From positions 124,001 to 188,000 of the IMG/VR virus record IMGVR_UViG_3300042562_001598: a stretch of DNA of 64,000 nt. One strand, 5' to 3'. Below are positions 55,867 to 64,000 of the stretch, piece by piece (within the stretch, counting starts at the first letter, position 1; each line of letters opens with the position of its first letter). The notes below the pieces were generated by a model. The model saw nothing but the letters and a program-made list of their open reading frames with translations. It made no database searches and was not told the origin of the DNA. The translations under genes and the position numbers were made by a program.

Positions 55867-57124
55867 ATGAAAAATATACATATATTACCAACAACGCAAA
55901 AAAGTAGGTTAGCAACTAAAGATTCCAATGGTAAATTAGAAATAAGTGATAAAAATACTTTTTTTGTTAATGGGTGGGGATTTACTCCTCAAAACATTTA
56001 TATTACTTCCGCACAAGAAATTAAAGTGGGGGATTGGTATTACTTACCAAGAACAAATTCGGTTCATAAATGTATTGAAGACCCAACAGAATTAAATTTA
56101 GAAATAAGATTAGGTGTTGCGAAAATCATCATAACAACAGACCAAAGTTTAATTGTTGATGGTATACAAGTTATTGACGATACTTTTTTAGAATGGTTTG
56201 TTCAGAATCCAAGTTGTGAGGAAGTTGAAGTATTGAGATGTCCAATAGAAGGGTTATGCACAATTATTCCAAAAGAAGAATTACATTCTATGGACGATGA
56301 AGTTGAATGTAATAATTGTGGTTATTTAATGTCTTTAACAGAAGACGAAAGTGTTTATGCTTGTTACAATTCTGAATGTACAAGTTGTTATGAGGAATAT
56401 GAAGAAGAACCTAAACAAGAAACACTTGAAGAAGCTGCTGAAAGACACGTAAATATAAATGTTGCTAAATACGCATCTAAATTAATGTATAAAGAACATT
56501 TTATTGCAGGTGCTAAATGGCAAATAGATAAACAAGAAAGAAGTTATAGTGAGGAAGAAGTATTTAATTTACTTATGGAATTTTCTTCACGAGATATAAA
56601 TTCATCTTCAAGAACACCTCATAGTGTTGCTAATTGGTTTGAACAATTTAAAAAGAAATAAGATGAAATTTAAATTAAGTCTAAAACCCCCATTTTTATT
56701 ATACAATGATACTTTATGTGAATGTGGTGAACATAAAAAATGTGTTAGAAAAATAAATGCTTCAAATAACGGAAGACTATGGGTTGAAAATAAAGACCAT
56801 TTTAGATGTGGGAAGGTTAGAAATCAAATTGAAAAACTAAATGAATTATTTAATAAATAATAACTTATGATAACACATACAAAAGGTGGTTTAATTATTG
56901 AGGAAATTAAAATAGGTGATATTCATTATGAATATGATTATGGGATGGGAATGAAGTGTGAAGTAATAACTTTACCAAAACTTAACGAATCTAGCCAATA
57001 CGAGTGGAATAGTAGAAATGTAAATACAGGTAATATTATCAATTATCTAGTAGACCCAAAATACCCCCACTATTCACCTAACTTATATAATCACGAGGCT
57101 TATAAAGTTAATACTTACATATAA
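55867..57124 (+). CDS. Three hypothetical proteins; the first is a paralog of 16307..16957 with an inserted CxxC module
   Basis: ECNNCG..ACYNSECTSC; TATATTTG at 55832. Confidence 0.7.
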
Positions 57125-57133
57125 TAAAAAAAA

Positions 57134-57718
57134 ATGAAAACAAATAAAATCTTATTCTTGGACAACGACGGAGTTCTATGCTTAAGTAATAATTGGGGTG
57201 GTAGAACTAAAAAATGGAATGAGTATAGAAAACTCAATCCTGACCAAGATATGCTTGAGTTAGCACCAGTTGAGGTAAGATTTGATGATTTTGATAAAAA
57301 AGCGGTTAAGGTATTAAACCAGGTATTGGAAGAAACCGGAGCTGAAATCGTTGTTTCCTCTGATTGGAGATTACACGCAAATTTAGAAGAACTCGGAGAA
57401 TATTACCTATCCAAAGGTATCTTAAGAGCCCCAATCGGTGTAACCAAAAGATACTTTAATTGCGATAATCCGGATGAACTTGAATGGAATAGAAGAACAG
57501 CTTACGAACTACAGAGATGTATTGAAGTTAAACAATACCTAACCGACCATCCGGAAGTTACTCATTGGGTTTGTGTTGATGATTTGCAATTGGGTGAGAA
57601 AGATACCTATGGTCATATCCAAAAGTGGGGTTTATCCAATTTTGTTCATACACCCAGGATGGATGAGGGAATCAAACAATCAGGTGTTAAAGAGAAATTA
57701 ATCAAATACTTAAAATAA
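57134..57718 (+). CDS. HAD-superfamily phosphatase (RNA-repair-associated HAD type)
   Basis: LFLDNDGVL, IVVSSDWR, WVCVDD. Confidence 0.85.
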   Translation: MKTNKILFLDNDGVLCLSNNWGGRTKKWNEYRKLNPDQDMLELAPVEVRFDDFDKKAVKVLNQVLEETGAEIVVSSDWRLHANLEELGEYYLSKGILRAPIGVTKRYFNCDNPDELEWNRRTAYELQRCIEVKQYLTDHPEVTHWVCVDDLQLGEKDTYGHIQKWGLSNFVHTPRMDEGIKQSGVKEKLIKYLK

Positions 57719-57719
57719 T

Positions 57720-58181
57720 ATGGAAAGAATCAATCATAGAACATTCAAGGATGAAAGAGGGTCATACACACCCATTTCAACGACGGTTTTAGACCAAAAG
57801 TGGGAACAATGTTCTGTTAGTATCAATGATGAAAAATTTACCTTTAGAGGCCTCCATTATCAAACAAATCCCCCACAAACAAAATACATTAAAGTGGTTC
57901 AGGGGTCCATTGTTGATTTTATGGTTGATTTGGAAACTGGTGAAACGGATTATATTGCACTTTACGATTCCGATGCGGTGTTAATACCAAATAATAAGGC
58001 TCACGGATTTTTGACATTAGAACCCAACACAATTGTGGTTTATATGGTTGAGGGTGAATATAACCCGGAATCAGAACATAGTATTGTATGGGATACGAAT
58101 AAGGAGGTCAAACGAGTTGTTAATAATTTTAAACAACAAAACCCCTTAATCATTTCAGAAAAAGATGCGTTAGGTAAATAA
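57720..58181 (+). CDS. rfbC: dTDP-4-dehydrorhamnose 3,5-epimerase family
   Basis: FKDERG, FRGLHYQ, QTKYIKVVQGSIVDFMVD, AHGFLTLE, ISEKD. Confidence 0.88.
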   Translation: MERINHRTFKDERGSYTPISTTVLDQKWEQCSVSINDEKFTFRGLHYQTNPPQTKYIKVVQGSIVDFMVDLETGETDYIALYDSDAVLIPNNKAHGFLTLEPNTIVVYMVEGEYNPESEHSIVWDTNKEVKRVVNNFKQQNPLIISEKDALGK

Positions 58182-58217
58182 ATTTATTATCTTCAATATT
58201 TATTAATAAAATCACAA

Positions 58218-58571
58218 ATGAAAATAATTATCACCGAAGAACAATACAAACATTTTAATATTGTTAAAAAATCAGATTTAGAGGATTCCGGAACTTGGTC
58301 TGCGGATGTATTAACACATAAAAGTGAAGGTAAAAATATATATACTTATAGTGATGGTGTTTTTACAAAAAGAGAAAAAAAACCATTGGAAAGAGGTGTC
58401 ACTCGTCACGGGGGTAGTAGAACCGAAGTTTTTTATCTATCTGATGAACAAGCGGAACAGGCAAATGATTTAATTAGACAGTCTCGTGAGTTAGAACAAC
58501 AGGCGAAAGAATTACGTCAACAAGCCAAAGAAGTTATACAACAAGAATTTCATTTACCACAAAAACGATAA
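58218..58571 (+). CDS. Leader-tagged hypothetical protein
   Basis: MKIIITEEQY; TATTTAT at 58197. Confidence 0.75.
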   Translation: MKIIITEEQYKHFNIVKKSDLEDSGTWSADVLTHKSEGKNIYTYSDGVFTKREKKPLERGVTRHGGSRTEVFYLSDEQAEQANDLIRQSRELEQQAKELRQQAKEVIQQEFHLPQKR

Positions 58572-58647
58572 ATAAAAACCCCTCCGGTAAAGAGGGGATT
58601 TTTATTGACATATAGTGATTTTTAACCTATTTTTATATAAAAAAAAT

Positions 58648-59517
58648 ATGTGGAATAAAGACGATTATAATAAGTTTCATTTAATTGACATTATTGATGG
58701 TATGAAAAAAATACCTGATAATAGTGTTGATATAGTTCTTAGTGACCCCCCATATAATATTGGTAAAGATTTTGGTATCTGTAAAGATAATATGGAATTA
58801 ACTTCTTATTTGGAATGGTGTGATTTATGGATTGACGAATGTAAACGAATTATAAAACCAACAGGTGTTATTTACATTTACGGGTTCAGTGAAATTTTAG
58901 CACATATTTCAGTAAGGATTGATTTACCCAAAAGATGGTTAATATGGCACTACACCAATAAAACAACACCATCTTATAAGGGGTGGCAGAGAAGTCACGA
59001 GAGTATTTTATATATTTGGAAAGATAAACCAGTGTTTAACAGAGATGCTGTTAGAGTTCCGTATACCGAAACATTCCTAAAAAATTCATCAGGTAAAAAA
59101 AGAACCAATACCGGAACTGCAAGATTTGGTAATTCATCAGATACGGTATACACCGCTCATGAAAATGGTGCGTTACCTAGAGATGTATTTACAGAAATTT
59201 CAACATTAGCCGGAGGTGCTGGTAGAGAAAGATATTTCTTATACAAAGGAGTTGTTTACCCTTCAAAAGAGATTAAGAAATTTCCCGTTGATGAATGTAT
59301 TAAACACCCAACGCAAAAACCTTCTAAATTAACTGAAAAGTTAATAAAAGCATCATTACCGGAGAAAGATGGTGTTGTAGTTATACCTTTTGGAGGTTCA
59401 GGAACTGAAGGTGTTGTGTGTAAAAGAATGGGGGTTGATTTCATCGGATTTGATATTAACGATGAATATATTAAGTTAGCGGAAGGGGCTTTAGAACAAT
59501 ATAAAACAATATATTAA
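58648..59517 (+). CDS. N6A/N4C DNA methyltransferase (beta class)
   Basis: SDPPYN, HPTQKP, IPFGGSGT, FIGFDIN. Confidence 0.93.
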   Translation: MWNKDDYNKFHLIDIIDGMKKIPDNSVDIVLSDPPYNIGKDFGICKDNMELTSYLEWCDLWIDECKRIIKPTGVIYIYGFSEILAHISVRIDLPKRWLIWHYTNKTTPSYKGWQRSHESILYIWKDKPVFNRDAVRVPYTETFLKNSSGKKRTNTGTARFGNSSDTVYTAHENGALPRDVFTEISTLAGGAGRERYFLYKGVVYPSKEIKKFPVDECIKHPTQKPSKLTEKLIKASLPEKDGVVVIPFGGSGTEGVVCKRMGVDFIGFDINDEYIKLAEGALEQYKTIY

Positions 59518-59532
59518 TTTTATTTCATAGCG

Positions 59533-60060
59533 TTAAGAGTTTAACGCTATGAAATTATTTAGTTCTTCAATTCCATTAATAGGTGTTAAGTAATCTTTAA
59601 TTTTACTATAGTCACACCATAACCCTTGACCTCCAGCACCACCTTGTTGTGTTACTAAACCTATAGATTTTAATTCCATAAATTTCTCTTTCCCAATAAC
59701 ATAAACATCTATTGAATTAAAATTGACACCCACCATCAATAAATAATCATAAAGATGGTCTTCCATAATATGTTGCCATTTCCAATCACCACTGGTAACC
59801 CAAAATCTTGCAGATTTAACCTCAAATTTAATCCCAGTTGATTCTTGTAGGATATCATGACCACTTTCAGTTGGTTTATCCAGGGATAAACATTCTTTAA
59901 TAATCCTTTGAGCTTTTTCCCCAAATGATTTATTACCCAATCTTACAATTTTAACAATATCAGGGTGCGCGTTATTCTCAATATAGTAATCTACTTGAGT
60001 TTTAACATTTTTAATAGTGTCAAAAGCATTCGTTTTGTTTACTTGATTTATATCAAACAT
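59533..60060 (-). CDS. Putative restriction endonuclease (PD-(D/E)xK)
   Basis: FGE..GHD..KFEVKSAR..WQH motif; convergent with the MTase. Confidence 0.65.
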   Translation of the reverse strand: MFDINQVNKTNAFDTIKNVKTQVDYYIENNAHPDIVKIVRLGNKSFGEKAQRIIKECLSLDKPTESGHDILQESTGIKFEVKSARFWVTSGDWKWQHIMEDHLYDYLLMVGVNFNSIDVYVIGKEKFMELKSIGLVTQQGGAGGQGLWCDYSKIKDYLTPINGIEELNNFIALNS

Positions 60061-60137
60061 AGTTTATTTATTTTTTATAAAGATACAACTAAATTTAATA
60101 TAAAACAAAAAACCCCTCCGGTAAAGAGGGGATTTTT

Positions 60138-60422
60138 TTATTCTTCAGATGTTGTATCTTTCTTTTCTTTTTGTATTTGATTGACTATGTAACCGGATAT
60201 TGCAAATTCAAGGGTTGCCCACATAAGAAAATCTGACATTGTTAATACTTCGTGTTTTTGGTATAGGAAAAATAACATTCCGATTTGACCTATAAGAAAT
60301 GCAACACCTGATTCCACTCTTTTCTTTGAGAAGTGAGATTTGTTTCCGTTATACATTTTACCTATCTCCCGGATGAACCATTTAATATTTTCCCATCCAA
60401 AGAAAAAATTATCCTTTTTCAT
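60138..60422 (-). CDS. Two-TM membrane protein (holin-like candidate)
   Basis: SKKRVESG followed by two TMs and a charged tail; TATTTAT at 60441-60447 (-). Confidence 0.5.
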   Translation of the reverse strand: MKKDNFFFGWENIKWFIREIGKMYNGNKSHFSKKRVESGVAFLIGQIGMLFFLYQKHEVLTMSDFLMWATLEFAISGYIVNQIQKEKKDTTSEE

Positions 60423-60454
60423 ATTTACTTTTTTATAATTATAAATATATGGAA

Positions 60455-60545
60455 ATGAAAAAAGGAGAGGTAGCGACACTTCTCCTTTTAATTTGTTACC
60501 ATCACTGATAACGGTCCTAAAATCCCCCAGAGTTGGAGGTGAATT
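60455..60545 (-). ncRNA. Candidate structured RNA element (three hairpins)
   Basis: cctcca/tggggg; gttatca-GTGA-tggtaac (GNRA loop, G-U pairs favour the minus strand); aaaaggaga/tctcctttt. Confidence 0.35.
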
Positions 60546-60553
60546 ATAAAATA

Positions 60554-61312
60554 TTATTTTTCTTTAAGTAATACCAAACATCTTTTTAGATATTCTTTAG
60601 CTCTTGGAGATGGAGTATACTCATCTTCTTTTGTTTGTAAAGCCAATACTTTTTCAATATCTTTTACAAGTTCAGTTCCGTGTTCATTTTCTTTATAAAG
60701 TTCAATTACTTTATCCATAGCTTTATGACACTCATTTGATGTTTCATCAAAGTAATTTTTACCTCTATACTTATTCAAGTTATTAAGCATTTCGTAAGCT
60801 AAATGAGCTCCACCATCGTTAACATCCTTAAATAATCTCAATCCGTTTAAGATACCTAAAGTATCAACCATTGAGTTAACACCATTTCTTCTTTTCTTAA
60901 CACCTGGAGTATAGTGGTGAAAATCATCAGCTTTACCAGTAATTTCTTCTAGTGGCATAACATTAGATGTTAAACAATGATTTTTCTTTTCTTCTTTAAC
61001 TTCTGGTTGTGCTTGTTCCAGGATATGTTTTCTAATAGATTGACGAAGTAATTTTTCGTCTATAATAACTCTTTTCATATAATACTTTTTTTATAAATAT
61101 CACTTATTTGGTAATTGTTCATCATCTTCATATTTTGTTGAAGTTAATGTTAATGTAACCCAAACATCAAATACTAAAAAATATATCCACCAGGTTAAAT
61201 TGGATAATGGAAATTCATCTGGGTATAACCCATTCATGGTGAATAGATAAATAATTTTTATCATTATTATAAATTTCAATAATGATGTGATAACTTTAAA
61301 TGCTTCTTTCAT
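60554..61312 (-). CDS. Leader-tagged hypothetical protein (60554..61078) and a small membrane protein (61100..61312)
   Basis: MKRVIIDEKLLRQSIRKHILEQ; TATTTAT at 61093-61099 (-). Confidence 0.7.
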
Positions 61313-61316
61313 AATA

Positions 61317-61715
61317 TTATAATTTTATTTCAAATCTTTTTTTCATTTGTTCAATTTTTTCCTCCGGAACATTATGTTGGTTAGTTCCCTGATGTCTTTT
61401 CTCAACAATAATTGAGAAAATTGTAAAATCATATTTTTCGGCCAATTCATAATATGGTTTCATTTCCCATTCTTGGGTGAATGTATTGGATACCGCAATT
61501 CGTTTATCCCCAATTACATTATCAGATAATTTCATTGTTATTTCAACTTGGTTTTGACACCATTGATGAGCTTGTTTTAATTTGGTTGGGTCAAATTTAT
61601 ATTCATTCCCCTCCATAAAAAACATATCAGCCTCAAAATTAACCACCCCCATTGTTTTCGCCAATGAACTTTTACCTGCTGATGGCAGCCCTCTCAATAG
61701 ATATAGTGTTTTCAT
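61317..61715 (-). CDS. P-loop kinase (AAA_33 / polynucleotide-kinase-like)
   Basis: LLRGLPSAGKSS, FEAD, AHQWC, VSNTFTQEWEMKPY, HNVPEE. Confidence 0.88.
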   Translation of the reverse strand: MKTLYLLRGLPSAGKSSLAKTMGVVNFEADMFFMEGNEYKFDPTKLKQAHQWCQNQVEITMKLSDNVIGDKRIAVSNTFTQEWEMKPYYELAEKYDFTIFSIIVEKRHQGTNQHNVPEEKIEQMKKRFEIKL

Positions 61716-61717
61716 AA

Positions 61718-62188
61718 TTAAATTTTTGTTATCCAAAGATAATATTTTGTGTTATTTGCTGAACCAATTGTTATATCAATAAAAGGTAGTCCCCTAATAT
61801 CACCATTTAGATTTGAATCGTAAATAGTTCCACTCAAATTCCCCCAAACAGTTCCGTTTAATGTTAGATTATAACCTGAACCTGTAACATAAAAAGAATA
61901 GGTATTTTGTGTTTTGGATTGATTTGTGGAATACATATAGTTATTTTTTGTAATAAAATGTAAGGTATCACTACAAGTCCTTGTTGTTGTTTCCGTTCCT
62001 ATTTTATATTCTTTGATAACCCATTTTTGACCTATTAATGTGGGTGCTGAAGTAGTCCCTCCACCACCTGGGGGTGGATTAACAATTGGGTTATTCCCAT
62101 TACCATTAACATTATTATTATCGGTGGGAATTTCTTGAATATAACAAGAAGAAAGTAATAAAGTAGTTAAGATGATTAATTTTTTCAT
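61718..62188 (-). CDS. Lipoprotein
   Basis: MKKLIILTTLLLSSC lipobox; TATCTTTG at 62203-62210 (-). Confidence 0.75.
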   Translation of the reverse strand: MKKLIILTTLLLSSCYIQEIPTDNNNVNGNGNNPIVNPPPGGGGTTSAPTLIGQKWVIKEYKIGTETTTRTCSDTLHFITKNNYMYSTNQSKTQNTYSFYVTGSGYNLTLNGTVWGNLSGTIYDSNLNGDIRGLPFIDITIGSANNTKYYLWITKI

Positions 62189-62242
62189 ATCGTCTTTTTT
62201 TACAAAGATAATCATATTTATATTATAAAAGAAACAATTTTT

Positions 62243-63481
62243 ATGAAATTAGTTGAAAATATTAAAATATCAAAAGAATTACAATATCATATTGATAATA
62301 ACCTACCATTAAACGAGAATGTATTCAGACCAAACTCTGAAAAATATTTCCAATTGTTTAATGAAGTTAGAGAATTATTTAACGATGATAAAATTAGATT
62401 GACCGAGGATGATATATTTTTGGTTGAAAGTGATTTGGGTAAAAAAGTAAAACTATCCAATGGTCAGACCGTATGGCTGGATGCCCCAATTGAGGAAGAA
62501 TTAATTTCGGAAACAATAAAATTGGATATTAAAGTTGGCGATACTTTAATGGGTGGAAAATTTAAGAATAAAAAAGTTGTTGTAAAAACAATTGATAAAA
62601 ATGAAAAGGGGGATATTACAATCAACGGAAAACCATTATTGAGGTTTAGAATGATTAATGAAGTTAGAGTTCCAAGGGACGAAAGAGTTGAATTATATAG
62701 AGACGATAATATCCTTGTTATTGTTCCATTAACTCATAGAGCTTTAAGAAAATATGCAAACTCCTGTCAGTGGTGTATTAATTCAGATGTTTCAGAATGG
62801 GAAGATTATCATAAAGGATTACACACAATTATCCTTCAAAGAAACCCTAAAGAAGTAAAAACCGGAATAACAGGAAATCCAACCGCTAGTGAAATATTAA
62901 TGGGTCAAAGATGGGGTGAAGGTTATACTTTTGATGATATTCAAGATATTTTAGGATATGAATTTGAGAACGAACAACAAGCGGAAGAATATTTAATATC
63001 ACTAACTAAAGATATTGATAATTTCGCAACTAATGCTGTTTATTATTCACCTGGTTATGGAATTTATGATATGGAAGATAATCATATGGGTGATTATCAT
63101 TATGAAATTACCGATATACCAAATGTAACACCTGAAATTGTTAAACTAATTGATGAATACCTTGTTAATGAAGAAGTATTATCTGAAGCCGAATATAAAG
63201 GTAAAAATGTGGAACTAAACAAACCTACTAGAAGTTCTGGACCTAAAAAATATCAGGTATATGTTAAAAACCCATCAACCGGAAATATTAAAAAAGTAAG
63301 TTTTGGTGATGCAAAGGGGGGATTAACCGCTAAAGTATCAAACCCTAAAGCAAGAAAAGCATTTGCTGCTCGTCATAATTGTAAAGATAAAAAAGATAAA
63401 ACTAAAGCCGGATACTGGGCTTGTAGAGCAAATAGGTTCGCTAATCTGTGGGGTGGTAAAACTTATCCAGGGTTTTGGTAA
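62243..63481 (+). CDS. Multi-module protein with basic C-terminal module
   Basis: C-terminal ELNKP..KKYQVYVK..KVSFGD..RKAFAARHNC..AGYWAC; modules separated by (L/I)xE. Confidence 0.7.
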   Translation: MKLVENIKISKELQYHIDNNLPLNENVFRPNSEKYFQLFNEVRELFNDDKIRLTEDDIFLVESDLGKKVKLSNGQTVWLDAPIEEELISETIKLDIKVGDTLMGGKFKNKKVVVKTIDKNEKGDITINGKPLLRFRMINEVRVPRDERVELYRDDNILVIVPLTHRALRKYANSCQWCINSDVSEWEDYHKGLHTIILQRNPKEVKTGITGNPTASEILMGQRWGEGYTFDDIQDILGYEFENEQQAEEYLISLTKDIDNFATNAVYYSPGYGIYDMEDNHMGDYHYEITDIPNVTPEIVKLIDEYLVNEEVLSEAEYKGKNVELNKPTRSSGPKKYQVYVKNPSTGNIKKVSFGDAKGGLTAKVSNPKARKAFAARHNCKDKKDKTKAGYWACRANRFANLWGGKTYPGFW

Positions 63482-63493
63482 AATAAATAAGAT

Positions 63494-63832
63494 ATGAAAA
63501 TTATAATTACAGAAAATAGGGTATTAAGTGTTGCGAAAAAAGAGCTAACTAAACACTTTGGTGATTTGACACCTGTTGAGGATAAAAGAAACCCTAATGT
63601 TGTTTTTTATACTGATAAAAACCGAAAAATTTATATTCAGTATATTGCACACTTCAAGAAAGCCGGTGTTAATGAAATTTATTCATTTTTAGAAGACATA
63701 TTTGGTTTTGATGAAGACCAAATAAATGAAATTATGACGGAATGGTTTCAAGAACAATATGGTTTAGATGTAAAAAGAACCATTCAGGCCAGTCGTGAAT
63801 TTTGGGGTTGGGATGGTATAACAAATAATTAA
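63494..63832 (+). CDS. Leader-tagged hypothetical protein, paralog of 39320..39628
   Basis: MKIIITENRVLSVAKK. Confidence 0.8.
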   Translation: MKIIITENRVLSVAKKELTKHFGDLTPVEDKRNPNVVFYTDKNRKIYIQYIAHFKKAGVNEIYSFLEDIFGFDEDQINEIMTEWFQEQYGLDVKRTIQASREFWGWDGITNN

Positions 63833-63835
63833 GAT

Positions 63836-64000
63836 ATGGAAAATAATAAAAAAAACTTACCATTTACTGAAGTAAATGATGGAAATAAGAAAATAAGAAC
63901 CTTTTCAGCTAATGTTGAAGAAGGTGAGTTGCAATGGCATAGAGACCGGGAAGATAGATTAGTTGAAACTACTCATGAAACCAATTGGAAAATCCAATTT
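63836..64000 (+). CDS. Partial CDS running off the window (possible cupin-like protein)
   Basis: MENNKKNLPF..RTFS..ELQWHRDREDR.. open to the window end. Confidence 0.6.
   Translation, partial: MENNKKNLPFTEVNDGNKKIRTFSANVEEGELQWHRDREDRLVETTHETNWKIQF

Larger units (their letters stand above)
58574..60137. mobile_element. Putative R-M cassette bounded by a 30-bp direct repeat (58574-58603, 60108-60137)
   Basis: aaaaacccctccggtaaagaggggattttt identical at both ends. Confidence 0.75.
7200..62210. promoter_or_regulatory. Recurrent TAnnTTTG host-type promoter boxes
   Basis: + strand: 7200, 9276, 15268, 16282, 19128, 29115, 36445, 39670, 45021, 51781, 53801, 55832; - strand: 26781, 26932, 36205, 62203; nearly all 15-35 bp upstream of a gene start. 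Confidence 0.75.
125..62221. promoter_or_regulatory. Recurrent TATTTAT motif, putative late promoter
   Basis: + strand: 125, 8139, 21115, 24010, 27371, 28331, 28683, 29727, 30620, 36883, 39972, 49054, 53399, 58197, 62215; - strand: 31625, 55578, 60441, 61093; upstream of leader-tagged and lysis genes. Confidence 0.6.

Noticed and set aside
60485-60545. Twister ribozyme on the + strand (cggtcctaa...gagttggagg)
   Set aside because: Only superficial similarity; the required pseudoknot pairings were not found and wobble pairs favour the minus strand
7290-62215. Track start codons at 7290, 9261, 19724, 21401, 28563, 30613, 36246, 55837, 58615, 60479, 61736, 62215
   Set aside because: They extend through promoter boxes or upstream genes; downstream ATGs with family-typical N-termini were used instead
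1-64000. Stop-codon reassignment explaining the many short ORFs
   Set aside because: thyA, clpP and the MTases are intact in code 11; short genes end in ATGA overlaps where the next gene is in a different frame
1-64000. tRNA, rRNA or tmRNA genes
   Set aside because: No cloverleaf with a GTTC(G/A)A T-loop was recognised by eye; tRNAscan-SE would be needed to be sure

Overview
AT-rich (about 30% GC by eye), densely coding segment of a large lytic dsDNA phage genome (huge/jumbo-phage type), most likely infecting Bacteroidota. Host evidence: many TAnnTTTG promoter boxes, no Shine-Dalgarno motifs and A-rich ...TTATG starts. No capsid, terminase or polymerase genes and no tRNA or CRISPR array were seen; this is an accessory region. 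Recognisable genes: four tandem C5 DNA-methyltransferase domains (one gene with two domains, one with an intein at the catalytic Cys), two amino-methyltransferases (one paired with a PD-(D/E)xK nuclease), thyA, clpP, thioredoxin, FKBP PPIase, RmlC, a GT2 + LpxH-like pair, HD/HAD/metallophosphoesterase/P-loop enzymes, an endonuclease VII-like nuclease and three peptidoglycan hydrolases. Most unusual features: (1) about 54 translationally coupled 49-95 aa genes in four arrays, each with a conserved MKTKxxLGKSV head followed by hypervariable S-V-x-x tetrapeptide (12-bp) repeats that are visibly shuffled between arrays; (2) more than 20 unrelated proteins carrying a shared N-terminal leader ending in (I/L)xE and preceded by a TATTTAT motif, a candidate capsid-targeting/processing system whose cargo includes five 20-aa-repeat LRR-like proteins with variable faces; (3) gene cassettes bracketed by direct repeats of terminator hairpins; (4) an origin-like non-coding region near 27 kb with candidate small RNAs; (5) apparent absence of GATC. 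All functional interpretations are inferences from sequence read by eye.
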